This document shows, in pieces, positions 10,852 through 21,500 of a stretch of DNA of 64,000 bases. The notes below the pieces were generated by a model. That model saw only the letters and a program-made list of their open reading frames with translations. It was not told the origin of the DNA and did not search any database. The stretch spans positions 1,120,001 to 1,184,000 of the forward strand of contig CBDBCY010000004.1 in the NCBI GenBank assembly GCA_965203555.1, read 5' to 3'. How positions within the stretch are numbered: position 1 is the stretch's first letter; every line of letters starts with the position of its first letter. The position numbers were made by a program, and so were the translations under genes. Source of the DNA: Acidimicrobiia bacterium. Lineage in GTDB: Bacteria > Actinomycetota > Acidimicrobiia > Spongiisociales > ZC4RG35.

Positions 10852-10896
10852 TCAGGCGAGCTTGCGCGCCAGGTAGTGGACGACAATGGCCGGGTA
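10852..10896 (-). pseudogene. 3'-end fragment of the alpha/beta hydrolase gene
   Basis: Encodes YPAIVVHYLARKLA*, against YPAVVIDYLARGLA* at the end of 53026..54030. Confidence 0.7.
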
Positions 10897-10947
10897 CGCG
10901 TATCGGAAGGTTGGTCTCCCGGGGGTGTGAGATAGAAGTTGGATTGG

Positions 10948-11290
10948 CTATGCGGTCGGATCGACCAAGCGCCCTACGAACAGAAGGGCACCGGTTTCAG
11001 GGTGGACGATGGTCCAGAGGAAGGGGCGGTCGGCGATAACCGTAAGGTCGGCCCTTGGCGGGGCTGACTCGTCGAAAGCCATGGCTGTAGCCGCGGCCGC
11101 TTCGGTGCCTTTCTCGTCGACGATCACATGGAGGGCAGCAGTGATCATGAGTTGCGGTGCGATGTTCTCAAATGGCGCTCCGGCGCAGAACCCCAGTGGG
11201 CAGAGCCACTCGAACAGGTCAGTGGACGGCAGGGTCTGTTCCCCCTTGGGCATGGTGAGATCGACATAGCCCTGCTGGGCAGTGGCTCCC
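10948..11290 (-). pseudogene. Serpin C-terminal fragment (copy A)
   Basis: VDEKGTEAAAAT hinge, ADRPFLW and LLFVGRLVDP. N-terminal two-thirds absent. Confidence 0.85.
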
Positions 11291-11667
11291 AGTCCGGGAC
11301 CGCAACCACCCAATAGTCGCCCCGTAGTGGAGACGCGCGATGGTACTGACAGGACGGGAAATGATGCGGTAACCCCGCCGGTGGGTCACTAAAATCGGTC
11401 GTGGAACACACGAAAGCGACCCCATGAAGACCGAAAACGATGTGGGTGCCTTGATAGCGGCACTAGCACTAACCCTCGATCAACACTTCCCAATTTCCTT
11501 CGCGACTTCGAACAAAACGCTGGCCGCGCGTTCGATCACATGAACGACTTACACACACACCGCGGCGGCGAAGGATATGTCGGTGATGGGCTTTCCGCCG
11601 CCGGGGAAATAGCCCGTCTAGTGCTTGCGGAGGACCTGAACAACGGATACCGACGCGGTGAACGCTA

Positions 11668-11901
11668 ATGAGCCGCACCGACATCCGCGAAGCGGCACAC
11701 GCCGAAATCGTATCCGACTTGTCGACCCTTGTAAGCGACACGGCTTCGGCTCTCAAGGCCGGTTCCTACAAAATCAATAGATACGGCGACCTTTTTATCA
11801 CGGCCGGTGGTCAACAAGGCAACGATCTCCGTGCGATTCTTGATAAGTGCGGCAAACTAGCCGACCAGATTGAAGACATCCAAGGCATCTTCCCCGACTG
11901 A
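11668..11901 (+). CDS. Hypothetical protein (77 aa)
   Basis: ATG-started ORF with protein-like composition; no recognised motif. Confidence 0.4.
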   Translation: MSRTDIREAAHAEIVSDLSTLVSDTASALKAGSYKINRYGDLFITAGGQQGNDLRAILDKCGKLADQIEDIQGIFPD

Positions 11902-11959
11902 CACATTCGCGATTCTCTCCACCACGGGCGGCCAACTTATGGGGTGGGTTGGCCCCGTG

Positions 11960-12274
11960 ACTCCTCGCAGTGCCGCCACGATAACCGCCGGGATCGAATC
12001 GAAGGCTTCGATCATGATGCGGCCCGCCTCACCCACCTCCCTCGGATCGACGCCGTCCCCCACTCCCGAGCAGAACCAGGGCGACCACCGACGAGAACGC
12101 CCAGCCCCTTCCCCGAACCACCACAACCTTCGTCGACGACCGGTCGGCCACCTCTCCAGCCGCCCCTGTCAGAGCGTTGAGAGTGGCCATGCCGAGCCAG
12201 TTGAGAGTGCGTGGCCGCTCGATGGTGATCAGAGCCCGGTCGTCGCAGGGATAAACGATGGAGACTTCTGTCAT
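11960..12274 (-). pseudogene. Enoyl-CoA hydratase 5' fragment (frameshifted paralogue of 47219..47998)
   Basis: MTEVSIVYPCDDRALITIERPRTLN...VDPREVGEAGRIMIEAFDSIPAV. About 110 bp of upstream DNA also matches 48000-48120. Confidence 0.85.
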
Positions 12275-12429
12275 ATCGTGCCGAGGGCACCGTAGACCCT
12301 CCAAGAGTGGACAGGGCGACCACCGAACACAGACCGGAGATCAAGGCACCATCCCAGCCCCTCGCATCCATCGGTTCCGGGAAAGGAGTCTGTCTTTGTG
12401 GGATCCGGTAGGTGCCCGGGTCCGGCTAG

Positions 12430-13464
12430 CTATTCGGTCGGATCGACCAAGCGTCCTATGAACAGCAGCGCGCCGGATTCGGGGTGGACGATGGCCCAGA
12501 GGAAGGGACGGTCGGCGACCACCGTGAGATCGGCTTGTGACGGTGTTGACTCGTCGAAAGCCATGGCGGTGGCTGCGGCTGCTTCGGTGCCTTTCTCGTC
12601 GACGATCACCTTGGCGCCGTGGAGGGCGGCGGTGATGAAGATACCCGGGGCGATGCCGTCGAAAGGCGCTCCGGCGCAGAATCCCTGAGGGCAGAGCCAC
12701 TCGAACAGGTCGGTGGGCGGCAGGGTCAGTTCCCACCTGGGCATGGTGAGATCGACATAGCCCTCTTGAGCAAAGGCTCCCAGTCCCGCCAGGTCCTGTG
12801 GGTTGAGCGATTCCTCGACCGCGTCCAGCCCGGCGGGGTCGTGGGGCACGATCAACCACATCGCCAACCGGCCACCCTCATAGGGAAGCTCCACCGCGTC
12901 GGCGCCTTCGAGTCGGACGAAGCGCCGATGCACCGGTTCGCGGTCGCGCATGAACGGCACCGTCACCACCCGGCGGTCACCGGTGGTGAACCGGCCATCG
13001 GCGGTCAAGTCGGGGAGGAAAGGCTCCAACCAGTCGGCCTTCAGATACACCGCGTTCACCAGGACCAGTTCCTGGCCTTGGACAACCTGCTCGGTGACGA
13101 TTGTGGGAATGAGTTCCCGAGTGGCATCCGATATCCATTCGTTGATGGTCTCTGCCGCTGTAGCGCCATCGTCGAGGTCGACCGGGTGGATCGCCGCTCC
13201 GTAGTGGGAAGCGGCGGTCTCCAAGAACGCGGGCAACGGAGAGAACTCGTCGTCGGGAAAGAGACGGTTGGCCACCTCCAAGGTGGTCGGTTCCACCGAA
13301 GCCTCCGCCAGGATCAGATCGACCGCATTGGCCGCAGCATGGAGATCGGCCTCGGGGAACCAGAAGATCTCATCAAGCACCGCCCCCGTGTCTTCGGATG
13401 CGCCGGCACGGATGAGACTGAAGGCCAGACCGAGGCTCACCGGGCTCGAGACCGCGTTGCCCAA
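12430..13464 (-). CDS. Serpin (serine protease inhibitor), N-terminally truncated, open frame (copy B)
   Basis: NAVSSPVS, INEWISDAT, LVLVNAVYLKADW, VDEKGTEAAAAT, ADRPFLW and LFIGRLVDP. Helix A and signal peptide are missing at the IS junction. Confidence 0.85.
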   Translation of the reverse strand: MGNAVSSPVSLGLAFSLIRAGASEDTGAVLDEIFWFPEADLHAAANAVDLILAEASVEPTTLEVANRLFPDDEFSPLPAFLETAASHYGAAIHPVDLDDGATAAETINEWISDATRELIPTIVTEQVVQGQELVLVNAVYLKADWLEPFLPDLTADGRFTTGDRRVVTVPFMRDREPVHRRFVRLEGADAVELPYEGGRLAMWLIVPHDPAGLDAVEESLNPQDLAGLGAFAQEGYVDLTMPRWELTLPPTDLFEWLCPQGFCAGAPFDGIAPGIFITAALHGAKVIVDEKGTEAAAATAMAFDESTPSQADLTVVADRPFLWAIVHPESGALLFIGRLVDPTE

Positions 13465-14038
13465 CCAGGCCGACTGGTCCGCGCCGTCGCTTGACCAGTA
13501 CTACCGTGCCCTCAACGCCGTAGCCGATGTCAAACAGGAGACCGAGGAGCATCTGTATCAACGGCTGTGCGATTTGACGAACCTCGGGCTGCGACTGGTG
13601 TGCTATGACCTGACATCCCACCCTGTTTCGAAGGTTCCACCCGACCCTCCGACGCGTTTTCGTCGCGAGTGTTCGGGTACTCTCGGGACTATCGCCCGGA
13701 CCGGCCCCGGATAGTGATCGGTCTGTTGTGCACGACCGACGGGATCCCTATAGCCCATCACGTGTTCGCAGGGAACACCAACGACGCGTCCACCCTATCG
13801 GAGGTGTTGAACGGTCTGGCCAAACGGTTCGCGGTGGGCTCGATCTGTGTGGTAGCGGACCGACGCACCCCCCTACAAACCCGGGCACTCACCGCCATCG
13901 GAGTCGACACCCGCACCTGGGACAAAGCCACCATCACCCAACCCTAAAGAGGGTCCGAACCCCCCAATGTAGTGGAAACACCATCCACGCGCACACCCCC
14001 TGACCAGGCAAAACACCAAACCACCCGCCAAATTCGGG
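13465..14038 (+). mobile_element. IS1634-family remnant (5'-truncated, internally deleted), fused to serpin B
   Basis: WSAPSLDQYYRAL, CYDLTS, FGYSRD and VVADR match 45141..46853. Right TIR CCCGCCAAATTCGGG followed by TCTGA. Confidence 0.85.
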
Positions 14039-14198
14039 TCTGAAAGACAAGGGAATCGGTGAGGCTACCGATAGGATTTGAGAATGGCGGGTTTGGTCCT
14101 TGGCACATGCGGCCGGGGACGGTTCACCGAAGCGGCAGCTTTGCTGATGACCTACCTCTACAGAACGAATAAACAACGACTCCGAAAGGATTCACACC

Positions 14199-14507
14199 AT
14201 GAATACTACCCAGTTAGTGGAGTGCGAGCCGTGTCGCGGTTCCGGCTTCGTCGAAGCGCCCATCCTCCTCGACACCCCCAGGAACGTTTATGCGGAGCTA
14301 CTAGCAACCAAAGCCACAACCATTGAGGAGGCAGCCCGGCAAGTGCCAGGCTCCGAGGAAGCGGTGAAACGTATCCGCAAATGCGATGCAACCCCTGGGT
14401 TCTCCCACACCTCTCGATGGAGAGTGTGCGCCCATGAACAGGCCCAGCTTTCCCGAGTCCCAATAGTCTCGGCGAGTGATCCACTCCACGGGGTGCTATA
14501 CGGATGA
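14199..14507 (+). CDS. Hypothetical protein with a CxxCxGxG motif
   Basis: GAAAGGA RBS and CEPCRGSG. Coupled to a short hydrophobic ORF (14504) that is cut by IS630. Confidence 0.45.
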   Translation: MNTTQLVECEPCRGSGFVEAPILLDTPRNVYAELLATKATTIEEAARQVPGSEEAVKRIRKCDATPGFSHTSRWRVCAHEQAQLSRVPIVSASDPLHGVLYG

Positions 14508-14672
14508 TGCTCCTCTGGAAAATCCTGGCTCAGCGAATCTTCCTATTCCTCGTGCTCTTGGGGACGCCGTTGCTGATAGTGCACTGGGCAGAATCCGTGC
14601 TGGCCGTGCCCCTCATCGGGTTCACGGTCCTACTGCACCAAGAAGCCAGAATCCGGATTCGCACAACAACCA

Positions 14673-15828
14673 AGTGGTCCGTCGTGTTTTTGGTTTGATG
14701 AGTTAAGGTTGGGGTATGCCTGTGATTATTGCGCCCCCGTTGGAGATGTCGGTTGCTCAGCGTTCTGCGTTGGAACAGATAGCGAGGTCGGAATCGTTGC
14801 CGTTTCGGCGGGTTCGCCAGGCCAGGGGCCTGTTGTTGGCTGCTGATGGTGTGGCCAACGAGGAGACCGCCCGGAGGGTGGGAGTGTCGTCGAACACGGT
14901 CCGGGCTTGGCGGAAACGTTTCACCGAGGACGGTGTTGAAGGGGGTGGGGGTGATCCGTCCGGGTCGGGGACGTCCCCCGGTGATCAGCCAGGAGGTGGT
15001 GGAACAGATAGTTTCGGACACGTTGGGTACCCGCCCGGCGGACGGGTCGACGCATTGGTCGACCAGGACGATTGCGGCCCGTCACGAGGTGGGAAAGGAC
15101 ACCGTGGCCCGTATCTGGAAAGCGCGGGGACTGCAACCCTGGCGAACCGAGACGTTCAAGCTGCTCTGATGATCCTCGTTTTGAGGAGAAGTTGGTGGAC
15201 GTGGTGGGTTTGTACATGAACCCGCCCGAACGGGCGGTGGTGTTGTGCGTGGACGAAAAGTCCCAGATCCAGGCGCTGGAACGCTCCCAGAAGTCCCTGC
15301 CGCTGAAACCCGGACGGGCGGGAACCATGACCCATGACTACAAACGCAACGGCACCACCACTTTGTTCGCGGCGTTAGACACCGCCACGGGGAAGATCAT
15401 CGCCGATTATCGACCCAGACATCGTCACCAGGAGTTTTTGGGCTTTTTGAGACTGATCGAACGTCATGTCCCCTCCGATCTGGACGTTCATCTGGTGATC
15501 GACAACTACGCCGCTCACAAGCATGCCAACGTCACCCGCTGGCTGCAGGCCCCCCGCCGTCGGGACCGCTGGCACACCCATTACACGCCCACTTCGGCGT
15601 CGTGGCTGAACCTGGTCGAAAGATGGTTCCGGGAACTCACCCAAAAACAGATACGCCGGGACAGCTTCCGAAGCGTCGGACAACTCATCAAAGCGATCAA
15701 CACCTGGACCGACCACTGGAACCAAAACCCCAAACCCTTCATCTGGCACAAAACCGCACAAGAAATCGTCACCAAAGTACAACGAGGACGCGCAACCCTC
15801 CACCAAACCAAAACCGCGACACACCACT
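14673..15828 (+). mobile_element. IS630-family element, copy 2, frameshifted transposase (14716..15830)
   Basis: Near-identical to 8455..9608. Left end degenerate (CAAGTGGTCCGTCG), right end CGACACACCACTAG. Frameshifts near 14945 and 15165. Confidence 0.9.
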
Positions 15829-16122
15829 AGCCTCTGATAAGCCGCTCAAACAGCCTCGTCCCAGGGAGGAACCCATGGCAGTACATGCCCTAGCAAGTCA
15901 AATCGTGCGGGCTCAGAGATGGATATACCTCGGTGATCGGAGGAGAATCCTGTCGCACCTCACCATGAGGTCTGTTCAATACTCGCCTCAAAGAAGTGGC
16001 CTCCGCCGTTTGGGATCGGATGATGTGTTGAGCGGAGGCTATGCCCGAGAGGTTTCAACCTCGCCCGGCAGGGCTGTGAACAGGTTCGGACGTCCCACGC
16101 AGTGCCGTTCGGAGGGTAGAGG

Positions 16123-18378
16123 ATGACTTACGATCTCTTGGAGGCACAGTCGTTCTGGGACTGTGTTGACTCGTTGCGCCGCGACGACGGCTATAAAGCA
16201 GCCCTCGTGGATTGTATCACTGAATTGCGTAGGCAGCCATTTCGGAATACAAAGTTGAAGACTCATGATATTGGCACTTCGAGTAACGGTAAGAAGCTAT
16301 TCGCTTCGGATGTGGGAGGCAGGCGTAGTGATCGAAGGGTGGTGTGGCAGCGGTTTAACAAGACGATCGTCCTTCTTTTGTACGGGACCCACAAAATCTA
16401 TGACCGAGCTAAACGGATGTCGATTGAGTTCGATCCTGAAACAGGGCAACACACAGTCTACGAGCGGGCTCCAGACTCAGGGACCAAGCAACTATATGCA
16501 AAACAGCGGGAGAGAATTGGCAAGCTGTTCATGGCATGGACCGACCGAGAGTTGGCATCTCTAGGACTGCCGAAACCTGTGATTGCTCACCTCCGGATGA
16601 TCAACTCCGACGACGAGTTTCTTGCAATGGAGCACGAACTCGGTCCTTACTTTGAGACCGCTTTCGACTTGATCACGACAGGGCATCCGCTCAAGCAACC
16701 GGCAGACGGTCATGACCTTGATCCTGTCGAAGCAAGGGAACCACCGGTGACCAATGAGGATCGTGAGATAGAACGCCACCTAACGGATGACCAGAAGAGG
16801 ATCTCGTTTACTCGAGTCGAGCCAGAGTTTCTTGCCGATGTTATGGGGAAACCGATTGAGGACTGGATGATCTTCCTTCATCCAGACCAGCGGTCTGCGA
16901 TCCAGCGCCACTATGCGGGGCCGGCAAGGGTGCGCGGGTCGGCCGGCACGGGGAAGACGGTGGTGGGACTTCATAGGGCAGTGTGGCTAGCCAAACGGAA
17001 CCAAGCCCTGAGACAGGAGCAGAGAGATCAGCTGATGCCCGCCAATAAGGTGATACGGCCAGTCCTATTCACCACGTTCATCAAAACGCTGACGCCCGTA
17101 TGCGAAGCACTGTACATGCGGCTCCCGGCAGCACCTGCTGGCGAGGTGCATTTCATGAACGTGGATCGTTTGGCTCGCAAGGTGTGCCTGATGTCCGGTG
17201 AACGTGTGAGTGTCGACTGGGGACAAGTAGGGGAGGCCTTCGCTACAGCCTTCGCTAGGGTGGCGGGCCCCGGCACGCCACTGGCCCGTAGCGGATTTAC
17301 CGAACGGTACCTTCGCGAAGAGATAACGGTAGTCATTAAGGGTCGAGCAATCGACTCCATCGACGAGTATCTCCGCATCGCTCGGACTGGGAGGCGAGTC
17401 CCGATGGGTCAGAATCTTAGAACCCAGGTTTGGAAACTCCGAGAAGCCTGGGATGAAGAGATGGCGAGGCGAGGCGTCGTCGACTTCCCGGATGTAATCG
17501 TGAGGGCACTCCATTGTGCGCGGCAACTCGACGAACCGCTCTATTCAGCGGTCATCGTCGACGAAGCTCAAGACATTACGATGGCCCGTCTCCTGTTCCT
17601 TAGGGCACTAGTAAACGCTCCCCACCCGGACAGAGACCGGCAGAACGGGCTTCTCATTCTTGGAGACGGCGCTCAGCGTATTTATCCCGGCGGTTACACC
17701 CTGCGCCAAGCGGGCATCGAAGTCCGGGGCCGGACGACCACTCTTGCCGTCAACTACCGCAACACCGATGAGATCCTAAACGCCGCCATGGCAGTGGCTG
17801 GGGACAGTCATGTCCAGGACATCGGCGAAGAGTTTCGACGGGGTGATGAACCGGCGGATGTCTCCAGGCAAGGGCCTCGTCCATTGCTCGTCAGGGCATC
17901 AGGAATCGACCAGCAGTTGGAAGAGATCGTTAGCCGCATCGTTGAGATCACAAGAACAGACAAAGACATCGGACCCGGCGATATAGCGGTTCTCGTGCCG
18001 ACGAATAATCTGGTGAACACGGTGTGTACAGGAATCTCGCGAGCCGGGCTCGCAGTGCAGAAGCTCGAAAATTATAACGGAAAGCCAAACCATCTAGTCA
18101 AAGTGGGGACGTTCCACCGAGGAAAGGGACTGGAGTTCAAAGTTGTATTCCTCCCACACCTCAACAGAGGCTACTTCCCGAGGAAACCTAAGGAAAACCA
18201 GTCGATCGAGGAGGCTGCTGAGGCGCGGGAACTGGAGATCTCCCAACTGTTCGTTGCCATGACGCGGGCTAGAGACATACTGATCCTCCTCTATGACGAC
18301 CAGCCCAGTGAAGCACTCGTCTATGTGGTGGACCATTTTGATCGACAGGAACAGATGAAGGGACAACGGCGGGATTGA
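16123..18378 (+). CDS. SF1 (UvrD/Rep-like) helicase with N-terminal RelE-like domain
   Basis: FLHPDQR, GSAGTGKT, IVDEAQD, GDGAQRIY, VNYRNT, TFHRGKGLEFK and LFVAMTRAR. N-terminal ~100 aa has a RelE/ParE-like pattern ending LLLYGTH. Confidence 0.85.
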   Translation: MTYDLLEAQSFWDCVDSLRRDDGYKAALVDCITELRRQPFRNTKLKTHDIGTSSNGKKLFASDVGGRRSDRRVVWQRFNKTIVLLLYGTHKIYDRAKRMSIEFDPETGQHTVYERAPDSGTKQLYAKQRERIGKLFMAWTDRELASLGLPKPVIAHLRMINSDDEFLAMEHELGPYFETAFDLITTGHPLKQPADGHDLDPVEAREPPVTNEDREIERHLTDDQKRISFTRVEPEFLADVMGKPIEDWMIFLHPDQRSAIQRHYAGPARVRGSAGTGKTVVGLHRAVWLAKRNQALRQEQRDQLMPANKVIRPVLFTTFIKTLTPVCEALYMRLPAAPAGEVHFMNVDRLARKVCLMSGERVSVDWGQVGEAFATAFARVAGPGTPLARSGFTERYLREEITVVIKGRAIDSIDEYLRIARTGRRVPMGQNLRTQVWKLREAWDEEMARRGVVDFPDVIVRALHCARQLDEPLYSAVIVDEAQDITMARLLFLRALVNAPHPDRDRQNGLLILGDGAQRIYPGGYTLRQAGIEVRGRTTTLAVNYRNTDEILNAAMAVAGDSHVQDIGEEFRRGDEPADVSRQGPRPLLVRASGIDQQLEEIVSRIVEITRTDKDIGPGDIAVLVPTNNLVNTVCTGISRAGLAVQKLENYNGKPNHLVKVGTFHRGKGLEFKVVFLPHLNRGYFPRKPKENQSIEEAAEARELEISQLFVAMTRARDILILLYDDQPSEALVYVVDHFDRQEQMKGQRRD

Positions 18379-18558
18379 CCGATCTCCGCCATTTGGGCAG
18401 ATGCCGTAGATTTCTTCATTCGGCAGTGAGAGTCACCAAGGCTGTTCCAATCAGATGACAGCTGTAGGCGATCAACGAAGGTAGCCAGAGCCGATCACTG
18501 AGTCACCCGGCACACGACTTAGGCGCCGCCGTTGTAACATTGCCCCACCTGGGGGTCG

Positions 18559-21500
18559 TCATCGGGCCCAGAGCCAGTCGAGATCTGAGAAGGCGAGTGC
18601 TCGATTGAAGTTCTGGATGTTGTCGCGGACGTTGAGTATGAGGCATCGGTCATCGCCACCGTTCTTCGGTCCTCTGAGACCTCTGCCGATCATTTGAAAG
18701 TAGAGATTCGGGCTGTACACCGGCCGGGCCACAATGATGGCGCGGGTCTTTGGCGCGTCGAATCCTTCGGTGAATACGCCGTAGTTGACCAGCACCTGGA
18801 GGTTGCCATCACGAAACTCCTGAACGATTCGCCGGCGAGTTGCCGACTCAGTTGCTCCGCTTACCGCTCTTGCAGCGGTTCCTTTCCTATTGAGGAGTGC
18901 TGCAACGGTCTGAGCGTGTTCCACCGATGTTGCGAAGATGAGTGTGGGCCACTCCGGTCGAACGTGCTTCTCATAGGCCCCGATGATGCGTTTGGTGCGT
19001 TCGGCGTCGCTTGCGATACGGTTTTCGGCGCTTTGCGGGAGCCACACTTGAGCGAGCCGTCGTGCTAGTTCCCCTGATCCCCGCCGGAATCTTGACATTA
19101 CTTCCAGTTCTTCTGTGGTGAGTTGGAGGGTGCTGCCTGGGATGGTCTCGTGGTCAACCTGAGCGAGAACTTGCATGGTTTGTAACTCCGTGACCACGAC
19201 TTGAGGATCGCTGTCGTTGAATGCTCCAGTATCAAGACGTCTGTTGCCGTACCGGCGAGTGAGCCTGGCTGTCTCTGGCACATCGCGTCCTCGATACGGT
19301 GTCGCCGTTAGTCCGAGGAGGAACGGCTCGTCCGCTTCTTGATACCGGGTTAGGCCGATCTCCTCCATCACCGAGGTTGAGGTCGGCGCCAGTGACCGGT
19401 GCGCCTCGTCAAAGACCACAAGCTTGAAGTCCTTCAAGAATCGGTATTGACGGCTCTGGCTGGATAGCCTGGCATTGAGAGTCTGGACCGTGGCAACGAT
19501 TACGTGTTGGTGGTCCGTTGGCAATGGACTGCTCTGCCCGCCCCAGAATCGGGAGATGCGAAGCTGCTGTGCCTCGGCACCTACGCTCGCCCACACCTGC
19601 CGCCAGGCCTCCACCGCTTGCTCGCACAATTCATCGCGGTCCGCCACCCAAAGAACACCTCCGCGAAATCTGTCCTCCCGGATAGCCTCAACAATTGCCT
19701 GGACTGCGACCCGGGTTTTTCCGGATCCTGTCGGCAGGCTGATCATTCCACGCCCGTTTGCGCTTGCACCGCGGTTGTTGCCCAGCATGGCACGAACGTT
19801 GTTGGCAATTGTGCTCTGGTAGCTGTGCAGCTCCGGGAGATAGGGAGGGCCATTGATCTCTAGGTATGGGGAACGGCGCCTGTTTCGTTCTCCGGCCCAC
19901 TCGCTGGAGAACCCGAGGGAGCGCACAAAATCCACTGCCCTTGCCGACGCAGCCCACTGCACAGGTGGGTCGAGGTGACTTAGAACCTGTCTGTATTGCC
20001 TGAGGGCATCAGTATGGTAGGTCGCAATCGCGGCTTCCGCTATGTCTATCCCCGTTAGTATGTCACCGTCGATTTCCAACACTCTTATGAGCGAGCGAGG
20101 GAGCCCCCTGCGTAGGTACTCCTCGCCCACTGCGGCCAGGAGGCGTTCCGCATCTGTAGACAGTTGCCGTATGGCCTTGCGCCGCTCCTCGACTTCACCG
20201 GGCGTGCGGCGTTGCAAAATGGCCTCCATTTCCTGGTCGGTCACTCCAAGCTCCATTTCCTGGATGACCAGCCTCAGGGCTTCACCCTGATTATCTTCAA
20301 TGTTGTTCGCCAGGTAGACGTTGGGCACCTGGAAGATGGTGGGGCGCTCCTGGCCAGCTACGAGGATGCGCTCACACAGCACCAAGTGACTTGATCTGCG
20401 ACGAGGGGGAAGGTACTCCTTCAATCCGGGCCAGGCATCGGTTAGTGGGATGGGATCCTGTTCACCAAGAATCTCCGGCATCGGATCCGACAGGTCAAAG
20501 AGTGCCTTAATTCGGTCAGCGGAAGGATGCTGTAGCAGTGCCAACAAGGCCGACGCGTTCACTGGATGCTGCCCGAGAGCATCGGCGAAGGGCACGATGT
20601 CACCATAGACCCGAAGTCGACCATGCATCCGCAGCATGTGAGCAGTGAGTGATTGGAATGGGATTTTGGGGTACGAGTCCCGGTTTTGACCCTTGTGCCA
20701 CATGAGCCACGGTTTGTATAACGCGTCCGTTCTCAACGCAGCGTCGGTGTAAAGCGCCCTGGCTTCATCGGAAAGCAGAGTAAGGACGTTCACCGGACCT
20801 ACACCGGTGCTCGACGTGAATCCCAGGTATCCCTTTCGCGGGTTTTTGTGCGGCACTCGTTGCCGATACAGCTTCGCACAGAGTTGCTCATAGTGTCCGT
20901 AGCCTGGTTCGTGCGATAGGCAGTGCTGTTCTTGCGGCTTGTCTGATACGCCCAGAAGCCGAAGCAACGCCTCATCTCTCTCATGGAACTCCGTGTCCAC
21001 GGCAACCTCGGTGTCGCGGCTACCGTCGTCGGGAACGATGGCACCAGGCATCAACACGGAGTGCAGGGGACGCCACTCGCCAGCTTTGGTTCGAACACGA
21101 ATGCTTGTGTTCCAACCGCCATGCTCCTCTATGACGTTGTGAGCATTCTGGACCCCTATTTTGCGAGAGGCCGCCCAGAATCTTCGATTGAGGGTGCCAT
21201 CTGCCTTGCCGGGGAGTCCCATTACTTCCGCGGCGACTTGTCTGAAAAGGCTCTCTCGCGACGGAGTCCTCAGCCCCAGTTCTCTCAACGCTGCCAGTGT
21301 CTTGCGGTCCGAAACCAAATCCGGATGGACGTAGGAACGGCGGTCTTCAAGTGTATTGACCACTAACTCGTTAGGCAGGAAGAGGGAGACAGGATCGGCA
21401 GACCGCCAACTGTTGTCCGCCGTCAGCACGATGTTCCCCAAAGCAGACTTCGTTCGAATCTCCTCGGGGATGAGAACGGCGGTTTGGATCGCTGCCATGG

